In this document: piece by piece, positions 9,701 to 18,568 of the stretch | Numbering within the stretch: position 1 is the first letter of the stretch | Layout of the letters: every line of letters starts with the position of its first letter | DNA from: Bacteroidota bacterium | Lineage (GTDB): Bacteria; Bacteroidota; Bacteroidia; CAIKAF01 | DNA: 64,000 bases | Assembly (NCBI GenBank): GCA_016866335.1 | Contig: VGMT01000004.1 | Coordinates: forward strand, 15,294 to 79,293 | Direction of reading: 5' to 3' | Made by a program: the position numbers and the translations under genes | The notes under the pieces: generated by a model | Databases searched by the model: none | Told to the model about the DNA's origin: nothing | The model's input: the letters and a program-made list of their open reading frames with translations, nothing else

Positions 9701-11305
9701 CCTGGAATGGACCCATTCCTTGGATTCTCGATTACCTTAAATCAGGTTACCAATCCAGGGCCAGCTTATACGGTGATTAATGGTATTTTGTTTGATCGCC
9801 GCGAAATTGAAAACGGATTTATTGCGGCAACTGCTTCAAATTCTCAGCCTGGAAATAACTGGCTTGGATTTTTTGGAGACCAGAACACCGGAAATGCCGG
9901 AAACTGGATTCGCTCCGGCACAACCGATTCTGAACAGGATCCTCAATGGAATTCAAACTTTATTGAGTTGGTTGTAAGTGGCAATACTCAGTTGTTATGG
10001 ATGGACCCCGATGCCTCTTTTGAACGAAACATTTCATTCTTTGGCGGAGGAGGCATAGTACCCTATATGTTGACGAGTTCGGCCAGCATCTACCAAGATG
10101 AGGACCAAAACCAATTGCCGGCTCACCAGTTGGCCTCGGGGGCCATTGTTAGCATTGAAGGGCGTGTCATTACCGCCGCAAAAATGCCCAACATCCTGCC
10201 TTCGGTTGATTTGGTTTTGACCAGCGATCGTTCAAAATGGACCCGCTGCCCTGTTCTTGAAACCCAAGATTTCTCGGCCTTGGCCTACAAACATCCAAGT
10301 TTGGCTACAGGTCCCGAAAAACTTTCTCTCCGCCACAGTCCTTCCGTTGATAAAGACGGAAAGTTTGCAACGATTGGAGGCGGCAGTAGTACCAATCCCG
10401 ATGCCGCAAACTATATTTCAGAATGGGGCTATTCTTGGTTCCCTGGTTACGCTATTGATGTGGAATCAGGTCAGCGTTTGAATTTGGCTTTTGGCGAAGA
10501 TTCGTACCTGTCTGGAAACAATGGACGGGATATGCTGTTCAATCCTTCTGTGGTAGATTTTACAACATTGGAAGGCGTCATTTCAAACTTTGGAGATTTT
10601 CTTGCGGCTGGAAAACACTATGTGTATGTTTTCGGCGCGAATGCTCTTGAACAGCCCTTTGCTGCCATGCCAGGTTATGACGCAGGTGCTACGATGAAAG
10701 ATTATTTGTTGGACAATACAGGAAAACCCCGCAGTGTTATGCCATCAAGTGTCCAACGTAATTTGTGGAGAAGCTGTGCCTGGGCAGGTATTCCTTATCA
10801 TGCCAAAGGAACCAATTGGCTGAGCAGCGATATCCGGTTGAGTTTGCGTGTAACCAAACGCTATCAAACTGGCTTGAGTGGAGTTCATACCGTTGCTAAT
10901 CCGTCGAACAACAACCGTCCGATGTACAACTTCTCGATGGACAAATTGACTCCAACCATTGGCGACAATGCAGCTGCCCGTGCAGCGCTTGATTTAATTC
11001 AAGTTGTTCCTAACCCTTACTATGCTGCCAGTAATTACGAAACCAGCCAAGTGGACAGCAGAATTAAAATTGTCAATTTACCCGACAATTGTACTGTTAC
11101 CATCTATGCGTTGAATGGTACATTGGTACGCCGCCTTGAGAAGGGCACGAGCAGCATTACCTCACTGGATTGGGACATGAAAAACTATGCTAACATTCCT
11201 GTAGCCAGTGGCCTTTACTTATTTCACATTAAAGCGCCAGGTATTGGAGAGCGGATTGTGAAATGGTATGGTGTAATGCGCCCAATTGACCTGGATTCCT
11301 TCTGA
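6749..11305 (+). CDS. Very large secreted protein (1518 aa) of unknown function with a T9SS C-terminal-domain-like tail
   Basis: Starts 11 nt after the barrel gene. Sec signal MNKVRSIFVFLMSASLAVPAFA (alternative ATG at 6782). Cys-rich region with DxNGDG-like motifs (DANGDGVYRYEDCDYPFYDLDNNVDC). The last ~100 aa (VVPNPYYAAS..VTIYALNGTLVRRLEKG..LDWDMKNYANIPVASGLYLFHIKAPG..KW) follow the T9SS type-A CTD / FlgD-Ig-like pattern. Confidence 0.8.
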   Translation: MLKYISLNPILMNKVRSIFVFLMSASLAVPAFAYKRGGETGGKASPGPDKKLAADCLPPSASAELNVNNVRALIHSGGDMWWDLVQNARYEIPKGSGRHSMYVGTLIIGGRDANTQTLRVAAQRYRSGGVDYYTGPLDILGTAEIDAETCDLYDQLWAISRSQVEQFRLCNCIDPDDPSCEGYQVPEVIMKWPGNPVVQADGQHLNMQSLLAPFYDANGDGVYRYEDCDYPFYDLDNNVDCSSDRSAFLYGDFTLWWVFNDKGNIHGESQGDPIGMEIRAQGFGFNTNDEINNMTFYNYELINRGTTTLSSCYFGVNIDSDIGGANDDYTGCDVERGFGFMYNGDANDENFSGQLGYGSNPPAIGIDFFEGPYLDSNGVAEVFNPLDISNLTDTTRFSSAFAINGLGFNDTIADNERFGMRRYVYYNNPGTGPTRDPSTAPNYYNYLRGFWLDNTRMVYGGDGYPTPGNGSTNIVADFMFPGDSDPFNWGTKGIDPGFDWREQNTGAADNTPGDRRFMQSAGPFTLKPGLVNDITIGVVWARTSSGDPYESVIKVLSADQKAQSLFENCFRVLNGPDAPDLNVQELDRELVLFLTNKATSNNYLEEYEELNYFIPEFELKTTPVTKDTTVYSPAWSRLIIDNGDTLFVFNSTPINGFNADTTIQLFDGNGNVVGTQYGFNTNPSFPVITTINLGNKIDSVFNDRMIRFQGYMIYQIKDATVTASDIFASDGNTKARLVAQCDIRDFDANGNPIGRIVNFEFDEELGFSIPKVKVNGSNEGIIHSFNLKEDQFALGDKRLVNHKKYYYMALAYGYNNYRNYDPNDPLQLDGQKEPFFLGRRNIKVTTAIPHIPVPELNGTVLNALYGSGPQIVRVEGRGNGGNNLMLTAETETKILNSPNHRADTLVYDYGMGPVNVKVIDPLKVRGGNYQLRVIDANSGADGTINPNARWVLLEPGSPFGDTVALSEKDMSTPYEQIMYDRRDIPGMDPFLGFSITLNQVTNPGPAYTVINGILFDRREIENGFIAATASNSQPGNNWLGFFGDQNTGNAGNWIRSGTTDSEQDPQWNSNFIELVVSGNTQLLWMDPDASFERNISFFGGGGIVPYMLTSSASIYQDEDQNQLPAHQLASGAIVSIEGRVITAAKMPNILPSVDLVLTSDRSKWTRCPVLETQDFSALAYKHPSLATGPEKLSLRHSPSVDKDGKFATIGGGSSTNPDAANYISEWGYSWFPGYAIDVESGQRLNLAFGEDSYLSGNNGRDMLFNPSVVDFTTLEGVISNFGDFLAAGKHYVYVFGANALEQPFAAMPGYDAGATMKDYLLDNTGKPRSVMPSSVQRNLWRSCAWAGIPYHAKGTNWLSSDIRLSLRVTKRYQTGLSGVHTVANPSNNNRPMYNFSMDKLTPTIGDNAAARAALDLIQVVPNPYYAASNYETSQVDSRIKIVNLPDNCTVTIYALNGTLVRRLEKGTSSITSLDWDMKNYANIPVASGLYLFHIKAPGIGERIVKWYGVMRPIDLDSF

Positions 11306-11321
11306 CGATTAGAACTGAAGT

Positions 11322-12440
11322 ATGATGAACTCATTTATAACTAAAACCTTTAAAGTCGGAAGCCTAGCGGCTTTCGTGTTTGCTCTTTCTTGCCTACCTC
11401 TGCAAGCAGGAAACGAAGACCGAGCTGGCAGCGCAGGAAGTACTGATTTGTTGATCAACCCCTGGGCCCGCAGTTCGGGTTGGGCGAGTTCAAATACAGC
11501 CATTGGACGTGGTTTAGAATCAGAATTCTTAAATGTAGCCGGCTTGGCATTTACCGACCGCACCGAATTGCTGTTTACCCATACCCGGTGGTTAGCAGGG
11601 TCCGATATTGGTATTAATGCTTTTGGGTTTGCTCAAAATCTTGGTAAGAATCGAGGAGTTTTAGGACTTTCAGTAACCAGTTTGGGCTCGGGTGATATTC
11701 AAGAAACAACCACCGAACAGCCTGAAGGGACTGGGTCCGTGTACAGTGTGAACAACTTGAATCTGGGTATTTCTTACGCCAAATCCTTTTCGAAATCCAT
11801 TCATGGCGGTGTAACGGTACGCCTAATCAATCAGGCCATTGCCAATGTATCTGCGGCTGGGTTTGCCATTGATGCAGGTATCATTTACAAAACCAGTATT
11901 GGCAACAAGAAAAAGACGGCACCCGGATATGGCGAAGACAATTTGCATTTTGGAATTACTTTGAAAAACATAGGCCCCAGAATGATTGCTACGGGCGACG
12001 GTTTAACAGTGAAAAACGAAAGTCCTATTTTTGGAGCTCCTGTTTCTCAACAACAGCGTTCTGCCGAATACGAAATGCCTGCCCTAATGAACATTGGGCT
12101 TGCCTATGTGCAATACCTGGCCAAAAAGCATAAAGTAACAACAGCCTTCAATTTTACTACAAACAGTTTTACCAAAGACCAGTTTTTGCTTGGCTTGGAA
12201 TACGACTTTAATTCTATGTTGCAGTTAAGAGGTGGTTATGCCTTTGAAACCGGAATTTTCGGGGAACGCGATGGCGTTCAGGCAGATTTGTTGAATGCCT
12301 TTACAGGACCCTCTGCTGGTTTTACCTTTGAAAGCCCGCTGAAAAAAGAGGGTAGGACTAAAATTGGAGTTGACTATACTTTTAGAGCTACCTACAACTT
12401 TAGTGGTGTCCACACCTTTGGTGTTCACCTATTGCTTTAA
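11322..12440 (+). CDS. PorV/PorQ-family (FadL-like) outer-membrane protein
   Basis: Signal peptide. GSAGSTDLLINPWARSSGWASSNTAIGRGLESEFLNVAGLAF resembles the PorV N-terminal signature. Alternating beta-strand pattern to the end (..GVHTFGVHLLL). Starts 16 nt after the 1518-aa gene. Confidence 0.7.
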   Translation: MMNSFITKTFKVGSLAAFVFALSCLPLQAGNEDRAGSAGSTDLLINPWARSSGWASSNTAIGRGLESEFLNVAGLAFTDRTELLFTHTRWLAGSDIGINAFGFAQNLGKNRGVLGLSVTSLGSGDIQETTTEQPEGTGSVYSVNNLNLGISYAKSFSKSIHGGVTVRLINQAIANVSAAGFAIDAGIIYKTSIGNKKKTAPGYGEDNLHFGITLKNIGPRMIATGDGLTVKNESPIFGAPVSQQQRSAEYEMPALMNIGLAYVQYLAKKHKVTTAFNFTTNSFTKDQFLLGLEYDFNSMLQLRGGYAFETGIFGERDGVQADLLNAFTGPSAGFTFESPLKKEGRTKIGVDYTFRATYNFSGVHTFGVHLLL

Positions 12441-12467
12441 TCTTACCTTTTTCCTATTTTCGCTTTA

Positions 12468-12500
12468 ACAGAAAGCCCGAAGGCTTTCTGTTTTGTTTTT
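12468..12500 (+). terminator. Rho-independent terminator closing the three-gene outer-membrane operon
   Basis: ACAGAAAGCC-cgaa-GGCTTTCTGT followed by TTTGTTTTT. Confidence 0.8.
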
Positions 12501-12512
12501 AATGCAATCGTT

Positions 12513-12980
12513 ATGGCATATACTTATTTAACAAAAGAGGGCTACGTAAAGCTCAAGACGGAGTTGGAAGACCTTGTGAAGGAGCGCCCAAAAATATCTG
12601 CACAAATCGCAGAAGCTCGCGATAAAGGGGATTTATCAGAGAATGCAGAATACGATGCCGCTAGGGAGGCCCAAGGCATGCTGGAATTGCGTATTTCAAA
12701 ATTGCAGCAAACCATTGACAATGCTCGGATTATTGAAGAGGGGCAAATGGACAATTCCAAGGTTTATTTGCTGTCTCGGGTAAAAATTCAAAACATGAAG
12801 AACAACCAGGAAATGACCTATCAGATTGTTTCTGAACGCGAGGCGGATCTAAAAGCGGGTAAAATCTCGGTTGATTCGCCCATTGGCAAAGGATTGTTGG
12901 GCAAAACCGTGGGTGATGTGGCTCAAATTACCGCCCCAGGGGGACTCATTCAATTTAAGATTGTTTCTATAAACGCTTAA
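12513..12980 (+). CDS. greA: Transcription elongation factor GreA
   Basis: 155 aa. LTKEGYVKLKTELEDL..ARDKGDLSENAEYDAAREAQ..ISVDSPIGKGLLGKTVGD. Confidence 0.95.
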   Translation: MAYTYLTKEGYVKLKTELEDLVKERPKISAQIAEARDKGDLSENAEYDAAREAQGMLELRISKLQQTIDNARIIEEGQMDNSKVYLLSRVKIQNMKNNQEMTYQIVSEREADLKAGKISVDSPIGKGLLGKTVGDVAQITAPGGLIQFKIVSINA

Positions 12981-13402
12981 TGAGCAGTTTGTTTACCCGC
13001 ATGATTCAAGGAGAAATTCCTTGCCATGTGGTAGCTGAAGACTCTGAATTTTTGGCTATTCTCGATGTTTTTCCAAGGAACATTGGCCACACCTTGGTTA
13101 TTCCTAAACGGGAAATAAACCATGTTCAAGATATGGCCCCTGAACATTTTGCTCGTTTGTCTGAATTCGCCCATAGGGTAGGTTCGTTGTTGCAAAAGGA
13201 ATTGGGAACCTTACGCATTGGTTGGGCAATAGCTGGCTTTGAAGTACCCCATGTTCACATTCATTTGATTCCTTCTAATAAAATGGAAGACATGAATTTG
13301 CATCGAACAGGCGAACGCGCACAAGATGAAGATTTGGCCCAGCTTGCTGCCCGATTAAGGGAAGCCGGGCAGAATCAGGCGAGTTCTGCTCGAAATACGT
13401 AA
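12980..13402 (+). CDS. HIT-family (histidine triad) nucleotide hydrolase
   Basis: IQGEIPCHVVAEDSEFLAILDVFP..GHTLVIPK..VPHVHIHLIP (HxHxHxx triad). Its ATG overlaps the greA stop. Confidence 0.9.
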   Translation: MSSLFTRMIQGEIPCHVVAEDSEFLAILDVFPRNIGHTLVIPKREINHVQDMAPEHFARLSEFAHRVGSLLQKELGTLRIGWAIAGFEVPHVHIHLIPSNKMEDMNLHRTGERAQDEDLAQLAARLREAGQNQASSARNT

Positions 13403-13629
13403 TATTCCATTACCGCATTGGACAAGAGCGACCCGCAGGCTTTGTCGGCCATCGACTCTGCTTCCGATTGGGAATCTGCTTGCACCTGAAATCGGATTTG
13501 TTTGCCTACTCGAACCGAAGTCGCCGATTCTAAGCCTAGGGCTTGCAAGCCTCTTTCTACCGCTTTTCCTTGCGGGTCAAGCAGCTCCTCAAGCGGCATA
13601 ACCGTTGCATGAATTACATATATAGCCAT
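13375..13629 (-). CDS. purS: Phosphoribosylformylglycinamidine synthase subunit PurS
   Basis: MAIYVIHATVMPLEELLDPQGKAVERGLQALGLESATSVRVGKQIRFQV.. (84 aa from the ATG at 13629). The longer 118-aa ORF-track version adds an unlikely N-terminal extension. Confidence 0.8.
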   Translation of the reverse strand: MAIYVIHATVMPLEELLDPQGKAVERGLQALGLESATSVRVGKQIRFQVQADSQSEAESMADKACGSLLSNAVMEYYVFRAELA

Positions 13630-13774
13630 TATCTTCGTTTGGGCAAAGATAAGGGGTCGATGTGAATTTATTCGGCACCCTACATTAAATCGAACCCGAA
13701 CATCAAAATTTGGGTTGATAGGCCTAAACACCCATCAAGGTCAGTGAACCGATTAAAAATAAATCCCATTATCT

Positions 13775-15298
13775 TTGAATGCAATTCATACCCAAAGAAA
13801 GATGCTGAAACGCTGCTTAATTCTTTCCTTTTTATTGATTTCGTTGGTTGCTCCTGCCCAAGGAGTTTTGATTTCCAATCAGGTTGGAGTTCCCGATTCT
13901 TCGGCCATTTTAGAATTGGCTGATACAACGAAGGGGTTCTTGCCTCCCAGATTAACCACCACCCAGCGAAATGCTATTATAAATCCAGCAGAAGGTCTTA
14001 TTATTTTCAATGTTGATTCGAAATGCTTTGAAGGGAAAACTCCGTCTGGCTGGAAGTATTTGGCTTGCGATTGCAGCTCCGCACCGCCAACCCCTACTCA
14101 GGTTCAATTGCCCTCCGGGTTTTGCCCTGGAACCTCTGGCCATGGTATTGTTGTGGCTCCTGTATCTGGCGCAACCTCCTACACTTGGCAGGTGCCACCA
14201 GGCATTCAAATTGATTCTGGCCAAGGTGGCAGCACATTGTACGTCCGTATTTTAAATTCTTTTACAGACACCATTAAGGTTCGCGCAAACAATGCCTGCG
14301 GATCTTCGTCATTTTTTAACCTATTGGTTTCTTCAGGTTTGCCAAATCCTGGCTTTAATCCTACAACGGCATCGGTAAATTTAGCGACTACCATGCTGCC
14401 TTTGACACAATCGGGCACCCATTTTTGGACTTTCCAAAACGGCAGCCCCGCGACCTCTACATCCCCTAGTCCTTCGGTTACTTGGTCACAGTCGGGCACC
14501 GTTTCCGTTTTCCATCGCATTACAGATGCGAATGGCTGCGTAGATAGCCTTCAGCAAAACCTAACCGTCGTTAATTGTCTTCCGCTTGGAAATACAGCTG
14601 TGGATTTTAATTATTCTGGTAACGTTCAATCTTGGACGGTTCCAGCAGGGGTCTGTTCCCTTCAAATTGAATGTTGGGGTGGCCAAGGTGGTACGGCTAC
14701 AAACAACTCAGGCTGTATATTGGGTGGTTTAGGCGGTTATGCCAAAGGTAATTTGGCCGTTAGTGCCGGTCAAACATTGTACATCTATGTGGGAGGAGCG
14801 GGCGGTTCTGGCAATACCCCCGGATGGAATGGTGGCGGAAGCAGTTGTAATTTCACCACAACTTGTGCAGCAGGAGGAGGAGGAAGCGATGTCCGCATAA
14901 ATGGGCAAACCCTTAACAATCGAATCATTGTGGCAGGCGGCGGAGGCGGTGCAGAATGGTCGGGTTGTGCAGGAATTGCCGGACATGGTGGCGGATCCAA
15001 CGGGAATGGGGGCCTCCATAATGGGGCTTATAGCGGCGGCGGTGGTTCTCAAAATGCCGGAGGTATTGCAGGTGTAGCTGGTTATCCCGGCCAACCAGGT
15101 AGTTTTGGACAGGGTGGAGCTGCAGGCAATCATCCCGCTGGCCATTCTGGTTCTGGTGGAGGTGGCTGGTATGGTGGCGGTGGCTCGGGTGAAGATGGTC
15201 ACGGTGGCGGAGGGTCCGGATATACGGGCGGTGTTACCAATGCAACCATGTCCAACGGCCTGCGGTCGGGAAATGGTTTGGTTCGAATCACGTATTAA
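13775..15298 (+). CDS. Secreted multidomain protein with a C-terminal glycine-rich domain (ALK/LTK-GRD-like bacterial glycine-rich protein family)
   Basis: Signal MLKRCLILSFLLISLVAPAQG. N-terminal ILELADTTKGFLPPRLTTTQRNAIINPAEGLIIFN motif common in Bacteroidota surface proteins. PKD-like segment (..SGATSYTWQVPPGIQIDSGQGG..VRANNACGSS). From about 14630: WTVPAGVCSLQIECWGGQGG..GGLGGYAKGNLAVSAGQTLYIYVGGAGG..GGGGSDVRINGQTLNNRIIVAGGGGG.., then Gly runs, ending GNGLVRITY. Confidence 0.75.
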   Translation: MNAIHTQRKMLKRCLILSFLLISLVAPAQGVLISNQVGVPDSSAILELADTTKGFLPPRLTTTQRNAIINPAEGLIIFNVDSKCFEGKTPSGWKYLACDCSSAPPTPTQVQLPSGFCPGTSGHGIVVAPVSGATSYTWQVPPGIQIDSGQGGSTLYVRILNSFTDTIKVRANNACGSSSFFNLLVSSGLPNPGFNPTTASVNLATTMLPLTQSGTHFWTFQNGSPATSTSPSPSVTWSQSGTVSVFHRITDANGCVDSLQQNLTVVNCLPLGNTAVDFNYSGNVQSWTVPAGVCSLQIECWGGQGGTATNNSGCILGGLGGYAKGNLAVSAGQTLYIYVGGAGGSGNTPGWNGGGSSCNFTTTCAAGGGGSDVRINGQTLNNRIIVAGGGGGAEWSGCAGIAGHGGGSNGNGGLHNGAYSGGGGSQNAGGIAGVAGYPGQPGSFGQGGAAGNHPAGHSGSGGGGWYGGGGSGEDGHGGGGSGYTGGVTNATMSNGLRSGNGLVRITY

Positions 15299-15382
15299 TC
15301 CATTTCTTTTTGGTTGATCGAACTTTCGGCCCTAAATTTGGGCTGCAATCTGCACATTATCTCATTTCTCAATTTCTACACC

Positions 15383-17515
15383 ATGCATGCATTTGCCTTT
15401 TCTCGATTAAGCACCCTGCTTTTAATTCTCCTGATTTCTTTTGTCAAGCCAGCCTTGGCCAACGAAGGTATGTGGCTTCCTGCCGACGTAAAGCGCTACA
15501 TTCAGAACATGGAAAAACTGGGCTGCACCTTGTCGGCCGATGATATTTACAACCTAAATAGAGGTAGTTTAAAAGATGCCATTGTTCATTTCGGAGGGTT
15601 TTGCACCGGAGAGGTTGTTTCTTCTCAAGGCTTGGTTTTCACCAACCACCACTGCGGTTACGATGCCATTGCCGGCCTATCTACTCCTGAAAAAAATTAT
15701 TTAGATTCAGGATACTGGGCTCCAACGTTTAAAGATGAATTGCCCGTGAAAGGTCTTTTTGTAACCTTTTTGGTTCGCATGGAAGACGTAACCACCCGCA
15801 TCACCTATTCTCCAAACCCTGAAGAGGCTCAAAAGCGCCTAATCGAAGAAATTGAGGCGAACGGAAAGTACACAGCAAAAATTACCCCTATATATTATGG
15901 AAATCAGTATTTGCTGTGGGTGTATCAAACCTTTACCGACATTCGTTTTGTGGGCACTCCGCCGGCCTCAGTTGGAAAATTCGGTGGAGACACCGACAAC
16001 TGGATGTGGCCTAGGCAAACCGGCGATTTTTCGGTTTTCCGAATTTATGCCAATTCCAACAATGAACCAGCTGCCTACAGTTCCGACAATTTGCCTTATT
16101 CCCCTAAAAACTACCTGCCCATTTCCCTTGATGGAGTTAAACCCGGTGATTTTAGCATGGTTATGGGCTTTCCTGCTCGAACTTCGAGGTATTTGCCCCT
16201 CTCTACCTTAAAACAAAAGGTTGTCAATGAATATCCGGTATTGAATTCGATGTTTGGGAAAATGCTCCGAGTTATGGAAAAAGATATGGCGGGTAGCATT
16301 ACCGTAAAATTGGCTTTGGCCTCGACTCAGGCTCGCTTTGCCAATGCCGAGAAATACTATTTGGGAGTAATTTCGGCTATGAAAGACAGTGCTATTTGGA
16401 AGCAACGTGAAGCCGAAGAAGCCAAATTTCAGCAATGGGCAAAATACAGTTCATATCAATCGTACGACGAGGTGCTCAGCAAACTTCAAGCCCTGAACGA
16501 AAAGGCGGCCTCAACGCTTACCTTAGAAGCCTACTTGCGCATTGGATTCGGGTTAAACCCTATTGTTCAACGGGGTGGAGCCCTTGGGCCGCTTATGGCT
16601 GCACTTAAGGAAAAAGACGCGTCAAAGGTGAAGGCGGCAGCCGATAAGTTAAAAGAAACGGTCGAGTTAGATGAAACAACATCGGAAACCTACAAGAGGG
16701 TTTTGGCTGTTTTACTGCAAGCCTTTACGTCTTCTTTGCCCGAGCAGGTTTGGCCCGAATGGCTCAGCGGTAAAGCCGCCCAAAAAATCCTGCGAAAAAA
16801 CAAGGAGCAACCCTATCTGGCATTGGCCGACCATCTGTATGCCGAATCGTTTCTGGTAAATCCCGAAAAATGGAAGAACTTTTTGGCTTCGCCCAGTTCA
16901 AAGGACGCCGATAAAGACCCGGGAGTTCAATTGGCCAGAGCCTATCAAGATCGGATGGCAGAAACCCGAGCTCGGGCTGAAGCCTATAGAGCCGAAGAAA
17001 GTGATTTGATGAAAACCTGGATGAAAGCCCAAATGGCCTATCAACCCGATCGGGTTTGGTATCCAGATGCCAACAGCACCCTGCGCTTAACGTACGGCCA
17101 AATTGAGGGGTATAGCACCAAAGATGCCATGGCCTTCGATATCAGCACAGACCATCTTGGGCTGCTTGAAAAATACAAACCTGGCGATGCCGAATTTGAT
17201 TTGCCTGCACGATTGGTAAAATTGTTGAAGGCCAAAGACTTTGGACGCTATGCCGATTCAAAAGGAAACTTGCCCGTCAACTTTCTATCTAACAACGACA
17301 TTACTGGGGGCAATTCGGGTAGTCCAGTAATTGATGGAAAGGGCCGATTGATAGGCATCGCCTTTGACGGAAACTGGGAAGGAATGGCAGGAGATTTGGT
17401 CTTTGATCCTAGGTACAAAAGAACCATTTCGGTAGATATTCGGTATGTGCTTTTTTGTATTGAACGCCTTGGCGGAGCCCAAAGGTTAATTGCAGAATTG
17501 CGTATTCAACAATAA
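15383..17515 (+). CDS. S46-family dipeptidyl-peptidase (DPP7/DPP11-like serine peptidase)
   Basis: Signal peptide, then the mature N-terminus NEGMWLP. FTNHHCGYD (His). GGNSGSPVIDGKGRLIGIAFDGNWEGM (Ser). The ATG at 15383 is preferred over the ORF-track start at 15314. Confidence 0.9.
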   Translation: MHAFAFSRLSTLLLILLISFVKPALANEGMWLPADVKRYIQNMEKLGCTLSADDIYNLNRGSLKDAIVHFGGFCTGEVVSSQGLVFTNHHCGYDAIAGLSTPEKNYLDSGYWAPTFKDELPVKGLFVTFLVRMEDVTTRITYSPNPEEAQKRLIEEIEANGKYTAKITPIYYGNQYLLWVYQTFTDIRFVGTPPASVGKFGGDTDNWMWPRQTGDFSVFRIYANSNNEPAAYSSDNLPYSPKNYLPISLDGVKPGDFSMVMGFPARTSRYLPLSTLKQKVVNEYPVLNSMFGKMLRVMEKDMAGSITVKLALASTQARFANAEKYYLGVISAMKDSAIWKQREAEEAKFQQWAKYSSYQSYDEVLSKLQALNEKAASTLTLEAYLRIGFGLNPIVQRGGALGPLMAALKEKDASKVKAAADKLKETVELDETTSETYKRVLAVLLQAFTSSLPEQVWPEWLSGKAAQKILRKNKEQPYLALADHLYAESFLVNPEKWKNFLASPSSKDADKDPGVQLARAYQDRMAETRARAEAYRAEESDLMKTWMKAQMAYQPDRVWYPDANSTLRLTYGQIEGYSTKDAMAFDISTDHLGLLEKYKPGDAEFDLPARLVKLLKAKDFGRYADSKGNLPVNFLSNNDITGGNSGSPVIDGKGRLIGIAFDGNWEGMAGDLVFDPRYKRTISVDIRYVLFCIERLGGAQRLIAELRIQQ

Positions 17516-17553
17516 GACATCAAACATTTTTGCCGGGAAGCCGTTTGTAGAGT

Positions 17554-18516
17554 ATGTCGGAATTGAAATTTGACCGCTGGAGGCTTCCTTTTGAAGAGGC
17601 ATTGATGGCACACAATCTGGCTGGCTTTTCGCCCGCTGGCCTGTATGAACCTATTGATTATTTTATGAACTTGGGCGGAAAGCGCCTTAGACCCATTGTG
17701 TGCCTGGCCGCTGCCGAACAATGCGGCGCTTCACTTAGCCAGGCCATGGGGGCCGCTTTAGCTATTGAGTGGTTTCATAATTTTTCTCTGGTTCACGATG
17801 ACATTATGGATAGGGCTCCTTTACGCCGCGGAAAACCCACAATTCATGAACGAAATGGCTTAGCCGCCGGAGTTTTGTGCGGAGATCGAATGCTGGTGCA
17901 ATCCTATGTGTTTTTGGCTCAATGTCCTAGTTCAGCACTGCCTGTTTTATTGAATCGATTCAACCAAGCCGCTGCCGAGGTCTGCGATGGCCAACAGTTG
18001 GATATGGATTTTGAACAGCGTAGCCTCGTTGAGGCCCATGAATACATCGAGATGATTCGACTAAAAACAGCGGTTTTGTTGGGTTTTGCTTTAGAGGCAG
18101 GTGCTTTGTGTGCTGGTTGGTCAAATCAGCAATCAGCGCCCTTGTATCGCTTCGGGGAACAGCTGGGAATTGCATTTCAAATAAAAGACGACTGGCTTGA
18201 CGCTTTTGGGGACCCCAGCCAAACAGGAAAGCAGCCTGGCGGCGATGTGCTGGCCAGAAAAAAAACCTGGCTTTGGATTCAGGCACAAAAGGAAGCCGGT
18301 ATCACCTTGGCCGAATTGGATACCTTAGACGATTCCGAGCGGGTAAAGCGCAGCTTGGGTTTGTTTCGCGACTTGGATTTGCCAGCCCGTTCAATGGATT
18401 TGGCCTTGTTTCACAAACAGAAAGCCCTAGATTCCCTTTCCCTTCTTTCTAAAACAGCAGGTCCATCTCCTTTTTTTATTGAATTTGCCGATTATTTGTT
18501 GGGCAGAGAATTTTAG
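17554..18516 (+). CDS. Polyprenyl diphosphate synthase (trans-isoprenyl, GGPP/FPP-synthase-like)
   Basis: GGKRLRP, first DDxxD in FSLVHDDIMD, second in FQIKDDWLDAFG, and KQPGGDVLARKKT. Confidence 0.9.
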   Translation: MSELKFDRWRLPFEEALMAHNLAGFSPAGLYEPIDYFMNLGGKRLRPIVCLAAAEQCGASLSQAMGAALAIEWFHNFSLVHDDIMDRAPLRRGKPTIHERNGLAAGVLCGDRMLVQSYVFLAQCPSSALPVLLNRFNQAAAEVCDGQQLDMDFEQRSLVEAHEYIEMIRLKTAVLLGFALEAGALCAGWSNQQSAPLYRFGEQLGIAFQIKDDWLDAFGDPSQTGKQPGGDVLARKKTWLWIQAQKEAGITLAELDTLDDSERVKRSLGLFRDLDLPARSMDLALFHKQKALDSLSLLSKTAGPSPFFIEFADYLLGREF

Positions 18517-18568
18517 GTAACAAAACAGGAAATAGGCTAAGATTATCAGAAATTGTACATTTGAAACT

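Noticed and set aside
6749-11305. Considered calling the 1518-aa protein PorU (the T9SS C-terminal signal peptidase), because porU-porV are often adjacent.
   Set aside because: I could not find the gingipain/C25-type catalytic His (GHG-like) and Cys motifs. The size and the Cys-rich N-terminal region also do not fit PorU. I left it as unknown function.
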